Shown: positions 49,964-61,195, counted from the stretch's first letter. The stretch is 64,000 bases of DNA from Bdellovibrionales bacterium (GCA_965203095.1 OZ241877.1:1600001-1664000), one strand, 5' to 3'. Translations and numbers: made by a program. The notes: a model not told the origin generated them from the letters alone.

Positions 49964-51235
49964 TTATTCAAGGCTTATTCCTTTTTGGGACAGAGAATTG
50001 CTAAAAATCCTCTGGCAATTTTTCGGATTGCTCTCAGCAAGCTGAAATAGAGATTTTTTTACTAACTGAAACACAAACTCTTTAATAGTTTCTCTGTTTT
50101 TTAAAGAGCTTTTTTTTATGGAGTAAAACTTAAAAATTTTAGCAACAGTTTTATCTGACAATTGGGCAAAAAGCTTGGGTTCAAAACAAAATAGCCATTT
50201 TATAAGCCAGCTTTTATTTTTTTCTATCAGCTCCTTATGGCCTAAAGGTGATAAATTGCCATAAAGCCATAAATCTTTTGGCCGGAACAACTTTTTAAAA
50301 GCAAAAAGGTAAGCATATTTATATAAATCTTCTAAATGAACTACAATGCTATATGGATTCTTTTTTATGTGAAATCCGCGATTTCTTATCAAAGAGTTTA
50401 TATCCCTAAAGGCATGATAATAAACTCCAATGTTAGAACTTTGAATGTCTGTTTTCCGGGGTGGATATTTTCTAATAAAAGGATCCAGGCTGGCGTAATT
50501 TTTCAATTTAAAAATCCCATTATCGTTAAGAATGGAAAACTTAAAACTTTTTATATATTCATCTGTCATGCCTTTAGAGTTTTTTTCATACAGAGCTATG
50601 GTTATGGGAAAATGAGTTGAACTCACATTTTGAAACAATGCACTGGAAAATAACAAGCCTTTTTTTAATCTATAATTTTCAGAAAAAGGTTTGAGCCTTT
50701 TAAAATTAGCCGGTTTGATTAAATAAGATAAAGGATGAAGAACACAAACTACATCAGAGCATAATTTGTTGTAAGATTTTAAAAAAGATATGCCTAAGTC
50801 TCTATCAAATAGATCCTTGTCGCAAATATTTTCTCCCTTTTTTCCTTTTCTATAAGCTGAAGTCACATCATTATAAGGAGGATTGCCAATTTGTATTAGA
50901 AAATCAGATGGTGAAATGCCATATTTTTCCCGGCTCACATTCAATATCGAGTTTTCAATAAACAGATTTTTCTCAGGCAATTTGTTTTTTAAAAAAGCTC
51001 CGGCAACAGGATCAAATTCCACAGCTTTATAAATAGCTTTCTCTTCCCATCTTATGAAAGCCCCTCCGCCAGCAGAACTATCAAAAATAACAGCTTTCGG
51101 ATGATCTTTATAAGGTAAAATCAGTTTATGAACTTCATCCACAATTTTTTTTGGGGTATAAAAACTTCCTTGTTTGACTCGCTCAGAGTGCAATAAATGA
51201 CTGGATTCAAACTCGTTAAGCTGTGTCAAACTCAT
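49964..51235 (-). CDS. N6-adenine DNA methyltransferase, probable M.PabI-family partner
   Basis: GSFYTP, FDSSAGGGAF (motif I), IGNPPYND (motif IV), DLGISFL, LHPLSYLIK..NF; ATGA overlap with the upstream R gene. Confidence 0.88.
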   Translation of the reverse strand: MSLTQLNEFESSHLLHSERVKQGSFYTPKKIVDEVHKLILPYKDHPKAVIFDSSAGGGAFIRWEEKAIYKAVEFDPVAGAFLKNKLPEKNLFIENSILNVSREKYGISPSDFLIQIGNPPYNDVTSAYRKGKKGENICDKDLFDRDLGISFLKSYNKLCSDVVCVLHPLSYLIKPANFKRLKPFSENYRLKKGLLFSSALFQNVSSTHFPITIALYEKNSKGMTDEYIKSFKFSILNDNGIFKLKNYASLDPFIRKYPPRKTDIQSSNIGVYYHAFRDINSLIRNRGFHIKKNPYSIVVHLEDLYKYAYLFAFKKLFRPKDLWLYGNLSPLGHKELIEKNKSWLIKWLFCFEPKLFAQLSDKTVAKIFKFYSIKKSSLKNRETIKEFVFQLVKKSLFQLAESNPKNCQRIFSNSLSQKGISLE

Positions 51236-51984
51236 AGTTTTAATCCTCGTTTTAAAGCTTTAAGAATCTCTATAATATCATGTTGATGACCTTTAGATGC
51301 CATTGCAAGGGTTTTAAATAAATTCAAAATATTTTCAAAATTTCCTGTATTTATACAGTATTTAAAATGGATGGGCTTTTCTTTTGAAGTCCAGCCCAAA
51401 GCCTCCTTTCCATTAGAAAAACACACTATAGGGATGCAAAAATAAATCATAGGCTGAAATCCTGAAGCGTATTGCTGTTTTTGAACTATAATCTCTATAT
51501 AAGTTTTGTCCTCATTCTCAAAGTAGTATCCTGCCAACTCTGTAATAGTGGAATCAAAAATCAATTTATTAAAAACCACTTTGTCTTGTGGTTGGACTTT
51601 TGGAGTTCTACTCAAAAACTCATTATAGCCTTCTATCTCACTTTTTAGAGAATCTAAAACACCAGCTTTTAAAATATTCTCTTTAATAAGCAAATATAAA
51701 AACTCCGATAGCTCATAAGGATATTTTTCCTTTCCATTAGCCCCTTGAAATTTAAAAATGCTATGGCCCAAGCTTGTTGCTTTCTTGCGATTTTCTATAT
51801 CTCTCATATAAACATCATAGCCTATTTGCCACTCTAAGTAAATTTTTTCATCAAATTTTTTAGTTCCTGAAGCAAAGGAATTGCCAAATTGTTTTTTATG
51901 ACTCCTTTTTTTAAATCTAAATTTCCCTTGGTTTTTATTAGGAACTGAGATAAGCAATTGTTTGTTTATAATGTGAAAAGTCAT
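51232..51984 (-). CDS. R.PabI-family (HALFPIPE fold) restriction enzyme / adenine DNA glycosylase
   Basis: GKFRFKKR, YLEWQIGYD, GANGKEKYPYELSE, KQQYASGFQPMIY, HQHDI..IL match motifs I recall for the R.PabI family; ATG 51984 overlaps the actE stop. Confidence 0.8.
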   Translation of the reverse strand: MTFHIINKQLLISVPNKNQGKFRFKKRSHKKQFGNSFASGTKKFDEKIYLEWQIGYDVYMRDIENRKKATSLGHSIFKFQGANGKEKYPYELSEFLYLLIKENILKAGVLDSLKSEIEGYNEFLSRTPKVQPQDKVVFNKLIFDSTITELAGYYFENEDKTYIEIIVQKQQYASGFQPMIYFCIPIVCFSNGKEALGWTSKEKPIHFKYCINTGNFENILNLFKTLAMASKGHQHDIIEILKALKRGLKL

Positions 51985-52589
51985 TGTTCTTTTTTGGATT
52001 TTTGTAAATAGCGAACATAGTGGACTACGGCCCATATTCTGTTAGAACCTCTGTATTCGTCTTCTTTTGTGTTTTGGTTGGAGAGGGCTTGCTCTGTTGT
52101 GTCTAACTGGATGCGGTAAGCTCCCATAAGCCCCTGCCCTTCATAAATAATATGGTAGAGCCGGCCATCGCTATAGGCTTGGGCTTTATCTGTTAAAAGG
52201 GAGGCGGGGGGAATGGCCATTTTTGGAGCTACAGTGGCTCCCTCTCCGGCATCCCCTTTGGAACCATGGCAATAAATGCAATATCTTTCATAATGTTTTT
52301 GGCCCTGGAGCAAAACTTCTTTTGAGCTTTTTAAAGGATTTTTTAGTTTTGTGCCTGCACTTACTGGATCTTTTGTATAGGGATAATAGATGCGATTTCG
52401 GGCACGAGTTCCCTCTGGAGGAACTTTCATTAAAATTTTTCCATCAGGAGATCCTTCCTGAGCTTTTATACTGTTTTGTTGGGCCATGTCTCTGGTCCAT
52501 TGGGAATCGGTCCGGTTTTTCCCCCCAGAGCAAGCTCCTAAATAAAAAACAAAAACAAAAAGCAGTGGGCAGTAAAATATTTTTTCCAT
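51981..52589 (-). CDS. actE: ACIII monoheme cytochrome c lipoprotein ActE
   Basis: Lipobox LGAC, DM..Q.S.KAQE, PPEGT, CIYCH, DGRLYHII..GQGLMGAY, WAVVHYVR. Confidence 0.88.
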   Translation of the reverse strand: MEKIFYCPLLFVFVFYLGACSGGKNRTDSQWTRDMAQQNSIKAQEGSPDGKILMKVPPEGTRARNRIYYPYTKDPVSAGTKLKNPLKSSKEVLLQGQKHYERYCIYCHGSKGDAGEGATVAPKMAIPPASLLTDKAQAYSDGRLYHIIYEGQGLMGAYRIQLDTTEQALSNQNTKEDEYRGSNRIWAVVHYVRYLQKSKKEQ

Positions 52590-52590
52590 A

Positions 52591-53208
52591 TTAAAACTCT
52601 GTCTCTTTGATTTCTGGAGCACCAACTCCTTTAAATATTTCCTGAGCTTTGCTCTTAGGGCAATCCACTTCGGCTACAAACAAAGCAAATTTATGGCAAG
52701 TCAAATCTTTATCTATCACGGGTGGCTCAATATGAGGTAGGCCACAAAGCCAAAACAATGCAAAAATGGAACTAAAGGCAGAAAACAAAATCGTCAATTC
52801 AAAAATAATGGGGACAAAGGCAGGAAGAGACCAAAAAGGTTTTCCCCCAACAATAATGGGCCAATTTACAGCAGAGGTCCACCAAGTAAACCACAGTCCA
52901 AAAAGAAGGCCCACTGTTCCGAAGGCCAAAGTCACCCAAGGAATATGGGACCTGGGGGTTTTTGTAGCTTCCTCCAAACCATGAACAGGGTAAGGGCTGA
53001 TGCTTAAGGGACGGATTTCTCCCTTCTCATAAATGGCCTGCACTGCTTTTAAAAAATCTTGCTCATCCGTCCATAAACCAGCAACCCCAGGCTTTGCTTT
53101 ATAGCGAGAAAGCTTTTTCATTTCAAAAGAAGATATTTTATTCCATAATTTTTTTATCAACTTGGCCTCCCTCTTTCCTAACTGAAAATCATTATGACGA
53201 AAAAACAA
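52591..53208 (-). CDS. actD: ACIII subunit ActD (DUF3341); start uncertain
   Basis: SPYPVHGL, WPIIVGGKP, PAFVPIIFELTILF. Confidence 0.9.
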   Translation of the reverse strand: MFFRHNDFQLGKREAKLIKKLWNKISSFEMKKLSRYKAKPGVAGLWTDEQDFLKAVQAIYEKGEIRPLSISPYPVHGLEEATKTPRSHIPWVTLAFGTVGLLFGLWFTWWTSAVNWPIIVGGKPFWSLPAFVPIIFELTILFSAFSSIFALFWLCGLPHIEPPVIDKDLTCHKFALFVAEVDCPKSKAQEIFKGVGAPEIKETEF

Positions 53209-53233
53209 ACCCGAAAAAAAGTTTTGAATAAAA

Positions 53234-54586
53234 TCAATGAGCCTCCTTTCGCCCTACATTAAGGACAGGTTTTACTTCAGAAATAGATATGGCTGGGAAA
53301 AAACGAATGTAAAGCAAAAACAAAGTCAAAAACATACCAAAACTACCTACTAAAGCCCCAAAGTCATAAAAAGTCATTTTAAATAGACCCCAGTTGGCCG
53401 GTAAAAAATCCCTGTGTAAGGAGGTGACAATAATCACATACCTTTCAAACCACATGCCTATATTTACTAAAATAGAAATTACAAACATAGCCTTAATGTT
53501 TCTCCTAAACCAACGAAACCAAAACAGCTGAGGAATAATCACATTGCAAGAGATCATAATCCAATAAGACCACCAGTAAGGGCCGAAGGCTCGGTTTAAA
53601 AAAGCATATTGCTCCATAGAGGAACCAGAATACCAGGCCATAAAAAATTCACAAGCATAAGCATAACCTACCATCATGCCCGTAAGCATGATGATTTTGT
53701 TCATGTTTTCCATGTGGTGAATGGTAATATAATCCCTAAATTCAGGAACAAAGGCCCGGACCAAACACATAAGAGTCACTACCATTGCAAAGCCGGAAAA
53801 AATAGCTCCTGCTACAAAATAAGGGGGAAAGATAGTGGCATGCCAACCCGGCAAACCCGCCACAGCAAAGTCAAAAGACACAATGCTATGGACAGACAAA
53901 ACCAAAGGGGTAGAAAGTGCCGCCAGCAAAAGGTAAGTCATTTCATAATGACTCCAGTTCCGGCCCGTTCCCCTCCAGCCTAAGGACAAAGTCCCGTAAA
54001 AAAATCTCCTCACTCGGCTTTTGGCTCGATCCCTAAGGCTTGCCAGATCCGGAACCATACCAATATACCAAAACATCATGGAGACCAAAGCATAAGTGGA
54101 TATAGCAAAAACATCCCAAGTCAAAGGGGAGCGAAAGTTGATCCAAAGAGGACCCCTTTGGTTAGGGTAGGGGAAGAACCAAAAAAAGAGCCATGGCCGG
54201 CCCAAGTGAATTACAGGGAATAGGCCAGCAGTTAAGACAGCAAAAACAGTCATAGCCTCTGCCGTTCGGGCAATAGAGGTCCTCCACTTTTGACGAAACA
54301 AAAACAAAATGGCGGAAATTAAAGTTCCCGCATGGCCAATGCCAATCCAAAAAACAAAGGTGATAATATCGGTCCCCCAGGCCACAGGGTGATTGACCCC
54401 CATAAGCCCCATACCCGTCATCACAATAGCTGTTAAAATGGCAATGTAAAAAAGGAACAGACTTTTTGCTGAGAGCAGAGCACCAAAATATTTCTTCCCT
54501 GGTTTTTTTTCCACCAGGCCGGCCACATCTTCCGTCACCTGCTTTAAACTTTTTTTGTTAGAAACTAAAGGTTCTCTTTTCATCAT
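53234..54586 (-). CDS. actC: ACIII quinol-binding subunit ActC (NrfD family)
   Basis: [46 protein letters not shown]. Confidence 0.95.
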   Translation of the reverse strand: MMKREPLVSNKKSLKQVTEDVAGLVEKKPGKKYFGALLSAKSLFLFYIAILTAIVMTGMGLMGVNHPVAWGTDIITFVFWIGIGHAGTLISAILFLFRQKWRTSIARTAEAMTVFAVLTAGLFPVIHLGRPWLFFWFFPYPNQRGPLWINFRSPLTWDVFAISTYALVSMMFWYIGMVPDLASLRDRAKSRVRRFFYGTLSLGWRGTGRNWSHYEMTYLLLAALSTPLVLSVHSIVSFDFAVAGLPGWHATIFPPYFVAGAIFSGFAMVVTLMCLVRAFVPEFRDYITIHHMENMNKIIMLTGMMVGYAYACEFFMAWYSGSSMEQYAFLNRAFGPYWWSYWIMISCNVIIPQLFWFRWFRRNIKAMFVISILVNIGMWFERYVIIVTSLHRDFLPANWGLFKMTFYDFGALVGSFGMFLTLFLLYIRFFPAISISEVKPVLNVGRKEAH

Positions 54587-54623
54587 TTTTTTAATCTCTC
54601 TCTTAATGCAGTAAAAATTTTTT

Positions 54624-57617
54624 TTAATGATGTCCTTTTTTTAAAATGCTTTTGCTGTTTCTGATCTTAGTTTTGTATTTGACCGCCGGTTTGGTATTCA
54701 AAGTGGCGTCTAAAAGAGCATAACTGTTTTTAGCATGAAAAGCTTTGCTCACTTTAGACTTTGGATCATTTAGATCCCCAAAAACAATAGCTGAGGCCGG
54801 ACAAGACTGTTGGCAGGCGGTTTGAATGTCACCGTCTTTTAACTTCCTGTTCTCTTTTTTAGCTTGAGCCTTGCCCTCCTGAATCCTTTGGATACAAAAA
54901 CTGCACTTTTCCATAACCCCTCTATGACGAACAGTCACATCGGGGTTTAAAGCCAAATTTAAAGGTTCTTCTTTTTTTGTGTAATCAAACCAGTTGAAGC
55001 GTCGCACTTTATAAGGGCAGTTGTTTGAGCAATAGCGAGTGCCCACACAGCGGTTATAAACCATATCATTTGTGCCCTCATCACTGTGAACCGTGGCCAA
55101 CACAGGGCAAACCGTTTCACAAGGGGCATTATCACAATGCATACAAACTACTGGCTGATGGACTGTGGAAGGGGCAGAAGGAGATCCTTTGTAATAGCGA
55201 TCCACCCTTATCCAATGCATTTCCCGCCCTTGGAGGACATACTTTTTCCCCACCGTGGGAATATTGTTTTCCGATTGGCAGGCTATCATACAGGTCCCAC
55301 AACCATTGCAACTGTTGAGGTCTATCACCATTCCCCATTTATGCCCTTTGTATTTGTGTTTGGACCAAAGGCTCATAGCTTTGTGATGGTGAGGGATGCC
55401 AGAAGAAGGGTCTTTTTTAAATTCACTGAGACGGCTTTCTAAAACAATATCTCTTCCCTCCATAGAGTGATGCCCCTGGACATTGGCCAAAGGGATAACT
55501 TTGTTTGTTTTTTTGATTTGCACCGGTTGACCAGAAAAAACAAATAACTTTTCTACCTGAGCCAAAGGGTAGGCATTAACACCTCGATCATCGCCAATCG
55601 ATCCGGCTTTTGTCCGGCCATAACCTATGGCCAAGGAAAGAGAGCTATCTTCTTGCCCCGGCTGAATATGCACAGGGGCGGTGAGAGAAGCCTTACTTGT
55701 TAAAAGCTCCACAACAAGCCCCTCTTTTAAGTTTTCCTTAAGAGCTGTGGCTGGAGAGACACAGAGGTAATTGTCCCAACAAATTTTTGTGACGGGGTCG
55801 GGAAATTCCATAAGCCAAGCCACATTAGCAAGTTCACCTTGCTTTAATGCAGAGCTTTCATAAAGGCTGAGAAAATATTTTCCCTCCGCCGGGGCATAAG
55901 GCTTTATATATTTTAAAGTTTTTGTTGGGAAGGGGCGGGTAGGGGAGTGAGCGATTTTCTGAGATCCAACAATCCCTGTTTTTAAAAACTTTTGCCAAAA
56001 GCCGGGAGATCTTCTTTTTTGCCAATAATTTTTAATGTATTCATAAAAGTTTTTTTCCGGAATAGCTAAGCCAGAGGCTTTAAGCCATGTGATTAAGCTA
56101 TCTTCAAAAGATCTAATATTGTAAAGGGGGCGAATAGCAGGTTGTTGAATTGTAAAGATCCCTTTTTTAAATTCCCAATCAGACCATTTTTCTAAAGGAT
56201 GAGAATCGGGCACAAGATAATCGGCATAAAAACCGGTTTCATCTATGCGATCTCCAGTGTAAATCACAGTTTGAGCTTTCTTTATGGCTGAAAGAAACTG
56301 AGGACTATTGGCGTAAGAGTAAACAGGGTTTACTCCATGGATAATCAATGTGTCCACCCGCCCTTGGTTTAAATTAGAAATTAACCTATTCATTTCAGAA
56401 TAAGATCCCCATTTATAAGGGTAGGATTGCTTGTAATTTACGGTTTTCCCGTCATTACCTAAGGCTGAATTTAAAAAATTGGTTAGAATATGAGCTGAAA
56501 GGGAATCCTTAGTTTGAGTTTTTAAGCCTCCAAAAAGAATAAGCCCCTGGCCCTTGTTTTTTATCAGCTGAGAGGCCCACTCCTCCCACTTAGAGGGAGG
56601 AATTTTAAGCCTTGCCATAGCTGGCTCATAGTTTTTAAATAAAATTTTTAATTCTTCTAAGGCGGGAAAGGCCCCTTTTTTTATTAAAGCCTTGGTTAAG
56701 GCCAAAAGGGCAGGGGTATGCTCAGTCACTTTGAGGCGATGCCTTTCATCCGCATTGGAGCCAGTGAGGGACATTAATGATTCTAAAACCACCAGCCGGC
56801 TCATATCTCCTTCCGGCAAGCGACTTTTGGCAAACTGTTTTTGAAACTCTGTAGGAGAGAGATAAGTTCCGAGAAAATCGCAGTCAATAGAGAGGATGAA
56901 TCGAGCTTGAGATATATTGTAAGAGGGGATGAGGCTTTTCCCGTAAGAGAGTTTTTGTGCCTGGCCTAAGTCTTCTAAACTGATAGGGGACCAAACATAA
57001 TGTTCTGCTTTAAAAACCGATCGAAATTTTTTTATCAATCTTTGAGTGGAAGGGGAGGGGATGCGATCTGTTAGCAAGGCCGTTCGGCCCTTTTTAAAAG
57101 TTTGTGATAGATTTTTGTCCAACTCCTCAAAAGAGATATTAATAGTCTCTTTATTGGTTTTTTTGTCGTTAAAAAGATTTTGCTTAGGGCCTTTAACTCT
57201 CTCCGGATCATAAAGGCTTAAAATATAGGCACTGGCCCTTGGGGAGAGGCCGGAACTGTTGAGAGCTTTGGCCTCTTCATTGCCTTCAATTTTGATGGGC
57301 CGGCCTTCTCTGGTTTTAATTAAGGTAGAAAAACCCTCCCCCCCGTCATAATAGGAAGAGGCGTAGTAATTGGCTGAACCAGGGATAATGTCCACTGGGC
57401 GGTTAATGTAAGGGACTAATTTTTCCGCTGGTCTCCTCATACAGCTCGCACTGCTTAGGGCCAGCCCCGCCCCCATAAGTTGTAAAAACTCCCGGCGATT
57501 AGTCCCCACCTCCTCTTTAGAGGGCAGTGGGGAGAGAAATTCTTTTTGAGCCTTCTCCTTAAAAGAGGCTTGGTTTTGATAATCTTGTAGACTCAACCAA
57601 TATTTTTCTTTACTCAT
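54624..57617 (-). CDS. actB: ACIII subunit ActB (molybdopterin-like plus Fe-S domain, Tat signal)
   Basis: NRREFLQ Tat motif, [55 protein letters not shown]. Confidence 0.95.
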   Translation of the reverse strand: MSKEKYWLSLQDYQNQASFKEKAQKEFLSPLPSKEEVGTNRREFLQLMGAGLALSSASCMRRPAEKLVPYINRPVDIIPGSANYYASSYYDGGEGFSTLIKTREGRPIKIEGNEEAKALNSSGLSPRASAYILSLYDPERVKGPKQNLFNDKKTNKETINISFEELDKNLSQTFKKGRTALLTDRIPSPSTQRLIKKFRSVFKAEHYVWSPISLEDLGQAQKLSYGKSLIPSYNISQARFILSIDCDFLGTYLSPTEFQKQFAKSRLPEGDMSRLVVLESLMSLTGSNADERHRLKVTEHTPALLALTKALIKKGAFPALEELKILFKNYEPAMARLKIPPSKWEEWASQLIKNKGQGLILFGGLKTQTKDSLSAHILTNFLNSALGNDGKTVNYKQSYPYKWGSYSEMNRLISNLNQGRVDTLIIHGVNPVYSYANSPQFLSAIKKAQTVIYTGDRIDETGFYADYLVPDSHPLEKWSDWEFKKGIFTIQQPAIRPLYNIRSFEDSLITWLKASGLAIPEKNFYEYIKNYWQKRRSPGFWQKFLKTGIVGSQKIAHSPTRPFPTKTLKYIKPYAPAEGKYFLSLYESSALKQGELANVAWLMEFPDPVTKICWDNYLCVSPATALKENLKEGLVVELLTSKASLTAPVHIQPGQEDSSLSLAIGYGRTKAGSIGDDRGVNAYPLAQVEKLFVFSGQPVQIKKTNKVIPLANVQGHHSMEGRDIVLESRLSEFKKDPSSGIPHHHKAMSLWSKHKYKGHKWGMVIDLNSCNGCGTCMIACQSENNIPTVGKKYVLQGREMHWIRVDRYYKGSPSAPSTVHQPVVCMHCDNAPCETVCPVLATVHSDEGTNDMVYNRCVGTRYCSNNCPYKVRRFNWFDYTKKEEPLNLALNPDVTVRHRGVMEKCSFCIQRIQEGKAQAKKENRKLKDGDIQTACQQSCPASAIVFGDLNDPKSKVSKAFHAKNSYALLDATLNTKPAVKYKTKIRNSKSILKKGHH

Positions 57618-57698
57618 TGTTCCTCCTCCAGTTTTTTAACTGGCTTTTTTTTAAAAAAACTTTAGCCATGTTTTCTATCCTTATTAAAATTAAAAAAC

Positions 57699-58292
57699 TC
57701 AATAATGGCAAGTGGAGCAGTTTATAGGGGCTTGCTCATGCCCCTGCTCTTTTAATTCTTTCAAAATTTTTCCCTCTTTTGGTGATTGGCGATGGCAGTT
57801 AACACACCAACCCATAGAAAGACTGCCATGTTGGAACAGGACTTCCATCTCTTCCACAGGGCCATGGCAGACCCGGCAATCCTTTCCGGCTTGGATATGG
57901 TGGAAATGGGAGAATTTAACAAAATCAGGTAAGAGGTGGACTTTTTCCCAAGCAATGGGCTGGCCCTCATTATAAGCTGAAGTGATTTTTTTTATCCATG
58001 GGCTGTTTGTTTTTACAGTCCGATGGCAATTCATGCAGATATTTAAGCTGGGAAGGGTGGAGGGACGGCCCGATTCCACCCCTGTATGGCAGTAGAGGCA
58101 GTCGATTTGATATTCCCCCGCATGCAGTTTGTGGGAAAAGGGGATAGCTTGTTCTGGCTGATAGCCTTTATTATAAAGCAGGCTGATTTTGTTGTTGGTG
58201 AGCAAATAAAAAAACAAGGATAGCACAAGGAAAAAAAGACTGAGCAGAATCGCCCCCATAAGTTTTTTCTTCAAAATTTTTTTTAACTTCAA
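57699..58292 (-). CDS. actA: ACIII multiheme cytochrome c ActA
   Basis: Five CxxCH motifs (CLYCH, CMNCH, CRVCH, CVNCH, CSTCH); PFSHKLHAG. Confidence 0.93.
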   Translation of the reverse strand: MKLKKILKKKLMGAILLSLFFLVLSLFFYLLTNNKISLLYNKGYQPEQAIPFSHKLHAGEYQIDCLYCHTGVESGRPSTLPSLNICMNCHRTVKTNSPWIKKITSAYNEGQPIAWEKVHLLPDFVKFSHFHHIQAGKDCRVCHGPVEEMEVLFQHGSLSMGWCVNCHRQSPKEGKILKELKEQGHEQAPINCSTCHY

Positions 58293-58401
58293 GATGTATC
58301 CCTTTTTGGCTTAAGAAAGCCTTATTTTTCTTAACTGTCCTGTTGGAGTCAAGATATTTTTTGTAGTGGCATTTGAGTAAATTCTCTGATAATTTATTAA
58401 A

Positions 58402-58538
58402 GAGTCGTCCGTGAAAAAGGCTATATTTGATAGATCGCATAAGCAAAAGTCCAGCTTGTTCGCGGGAAAAATACCTTGGACCCTCACTGCTGACTTTTGC
58501 TTGTGCGATAAAAGACAGAGGTTTTTCACGGGGGACTA
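58402..58538. mobile_element. MITE-like element copy 8 with an unrelated stem sequence
   Basis: GAGTCGTCCGTGAAAAA ... TTTTTCACGGGGGACTA; stem ATCGCATAAGCAAAAGT(C)CAGC / GCTGACTTTTGCTTGTGCGAT around AATACCTTGGACCCTCA. Confidence 0.8.
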
Positions 58539-58563
58539 AAAAGCTTGTGATGGGAGGCGAGGT

Positions 58564-61173
58564 ATGGGCAAATACAATCATTCGGAAGTAGAGCTTAAGC
58601 TTCAAAAATATTGGGAGCAAGAGAGGGTTTACGCCTATACTGCCTCTTCTAAAAAGGAAACTTTTGTAATAGATAGCCCCCCTCCCACTGTCTCTGGGGC
58701 CTTGCATATTGGCCATGTTTTTAGCTATACACAAACGGACATTTTGGCCCGATTCCATCGGCAAAGGGGTAAAAATGTTTTTTATCCGATGGGTTGGGAC
58801 GACAATGGCCTCCCCACAGAGAAGAGAACACAAGATCTTTACGGAGTGTATTGCGATCCGGCTCTTCCGGTTGACAAAGCCTCCTTCCCGTTAAAAAAAC
58901 TCAGTAAAAAAACCTCTTCCCCCCGGCCTTTGTCCCGGAAAAACTTTTTGGAGCTTTGCCAACAACAGGTTTTAGAGGATGAAATCAAATACAAAAAGCT
59001 TTGGAACCACCTGGCCCTTTCCGTAGATTGGAAGGAGAGCTATCAAACCATAAACCCTTATTCTCAAAGTTTGGCCCAGCTCTCTTTTTTAGATCTGTTG
59101 GAAAAGTCATTAGCCGAAAGCCGTTTATCCCCTGTGCTTTGGGATTGCCAGTTTCAAACCGCTGTGGCCCAGGCGGACATAGAGGATAGGCCCAAAAAAG
59201 GTTTTTATTATGACATTGCTTTTTCTGTTGGGGGAGAGGGGGGGGAGTTTGTTATTTCCACAACCCGCCCGGAACTTTTGCCCGCCTGTGTGGCTGTGGT
59301 GGCTCATCCTGAGGACCACCGTTATAAAAAACTTTTTGGAAGGCTGGCGGTCACACCTTTATTTTCAAGGGAAGTGCCTATTTTGCCTTCCCCTCATGCC
59401 GATCCCAAAAAAGGCACTGGTATTTTAATGATCTGCACTTTTGGAGATATGGAGGATGTAAGTTTTTCCCGGAAACAAAAACTCCCTATTTTGCAAATTA
59501 TCGATGACAAAGGTTTTTTCATAAATATTCCTTGGGGCCAAAAGCCTTTTTTCAGCCTCAAAAAAGAGGAGGCTAAGATTAATTATTCTCTTTTAAAAAA
59601 TCTCCGGATTTTGCCGGGCCGGAAAAAAATTGTGGAGCTTTTAAAAGGAAAAGGCTATTTGAGAACTGAACCAAGGGAATGCCAGCAAAATGTAAAGTTT
59701 TACGAAAAAGGGGACTTTCCCCTGGAAATACTGCCCAAAAGGCAATGGTATATCAAAATTTTGGATCATAAAGAGGCTCTTTTAAAACAAGGGGCAAAAA
59801 TCAGTTGGCATCCTCCCTCTATGAGAAAAAGATATGAGCAATGGGTTGAAGGTTTAAATCAGGATTGGTGCATCTCCCGGCAGAGGGCTTATGGCGTTCC
59901 TTTTCCGGTTTGGTATAAGGCAGATGAGGAGGGGGGGCCGGACTATAGCCAAGTTCTCACTCCAAAAATAGAGAGCTTTAAAACCCCTCTTCCACCAATA
60001 ATAAAAAAAACTTTGCCAGTGGATCCTTTACAAAAAACTCCTCCGGGTTTTAAGGAGAGTGAAAGGGATGGCCCTGGTGGTTTTATTGCGGATAAGGATG
60101 TGATGGACACTTGGGCCACCTCCTCCCTCACCCCTTACATAAATAGTGGCTGGCTTTGGGATAAAAAGAGGCAGGAAAAGCTTTTCCCGGCCGATCTCCG
60201 CCCTCAAGCTCATGAGATCATAAGGACATGGGCATTTTACACTATTGCTAAAGCTTATTTTCATGAAAAACAGATCCCTTGGAAAAACATTGCCATTAGT
60301 GGTTGGGTAGTGACTCCTCAACGGGCCAAGATGAGCAAATCTAAGGGCAATGCTTTAGAACCTGAGAATTTGATAAAAGTTTATTCTGCCGACGCCCTTC
60401 GTTATTGGGCGGGGAAGGCCCGTTTGGGCCAAGACACCGCTTACGATGAAGAGCTTTTTAAGGTAGGAAAACGACTCAGCACAAAAATTTTTAATGCCGG
60501 CCAATTTGTTTTTTTGCACACTAAGGATTTCCCTTGGATCGATAGTGAGTCTTGTTGGAGTTCCATTTCATCCCCTATTGACAGGGCTTGGGTCAAAAAA
60601 CTGCTGAACATAAAAAATCAAGCCACTCAAAATTTAGAGTGCTATAACTACGCCAGAGCTTTGGAAATAATTGAAGCGGGCTTTTGGTCTTTTTGCGACA
60701 ATTATTTGGAACTGATCAAATCCCGAGTCTATCAATTAAAAGATCGGGTGGAGGGAATTTCCGGAAAAAAATCCTTAGATTATAGCCTTCATATTTTTTT
60801 AAAGCTTTTTGCACCTTATTTGCCTTATGTGACGGAACAGCTTTGGCAAAACCGATACCAAAGGGAAAGCTCAAGTGTTCACAATTCCCTTTGGGGGGAT
60901 AGTCAGCTGTGTTCGGTTATTCAACAAAAGGAATCTATGTTAGAGAGGGCTTTTGCTATTTTAGAGCAAGCCCGAAGTGGGAAATCCCTACTCAAAAAAA
61001 GTTTGGCCAGCCCACTCAAGAGTTTAAAAGTGACCGCTCAGCCTGATCATTTAAAAGAGTTGGATCTTTATAAAGAGGATATAGCTAAAGCGACTCATGT
61101 TGCAGTTAAAAAAATATGGACGGAGGAAGATTCTTCTCTAACTGATCCTATAGTTCAAATACATATTGATTGA
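58564..61173 (+). CDS. valS: Valine--tRNA ligase (type 2 / archaeal-like architecture)
   Basis: IDSPPPTVSGALHIGH, GWDDNGLPTE, DWCISRQR, MDTWATSS, AHEIIRTWAFYT, KMSKS. Confidence 0.95.
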   Translation: MGKYNHSEVELKLQKYWEQERVYAYTASSKKETFVIDSPPPTVSGALHIGHVFSYTQTDILARFHRQRGKNVFYPMGWDDNGLPTEKRTQDLYGVYCDPALPVDKASFPLKKLSKKTSSPRPLSRKNFLELCQQQVLEDEIKYKKLWNHLALSVDWKESYQTINPYSQSLAQLSFLDLLEKSLAESRLSPVLWDCQFQTAVAQADIEDRPKKGFYYDIAFSVGGEGGEFVISTTRPELLPACVAVVAHPEDHRYKKLFGRLAVTPLFSREVPILPSPHADPKKGTGILMICTFGDMEDVSFSRKQKLPILQIIDDKGFFINIPWGQKPFFSLKKEEAKINYSLLKNLRILPGRKKIVELLKGKGYLRTEPRECQQNVKFYEKGDFPLEILPKRQWYIKILDHKEALLKQGAKISWHPPSMRKRYEQWVEGLNQDWCISRQRAYGVPFPVWYKADEEGGPDYSQVLTPKIESFKTPLPPIIKKTLPVDPLQKTPPGFKESERDGPGGFIADKDVMDTWATSSLTPYINSGWLWDKKRQEKLFPADLRPQAHEIIRTWAFYTIAKAYFHEKQIPWKNIAISGWVVTPQRAKMSKSKGNALEPENLIKVYSADALRYWAGKARLGQDTAYDEELFKVGKRLSTKIFNAGQFVFLHTKDFPWIDSESCWSSISSPIDRAWVKKLLNIKNQATQNLECYNYARALEIIEAGFWSFCDNYLELIKSRVYQLKDRVEGISGKKSLDYSLHIFLKLFAPYLPYVTEQLWQNRYQRESSSVHNSLWGDSQLCSVIQQKESMLERAFAILEQARSGKSLLKKSLASPLKSLKVTAQPDHLKELDLYKEDIAKATHVAVKKIWTEEDSSLTDPIVQIHID

Positions 61174-61195
61174 ATTTTGAGTTTGTTTAAAAGCC

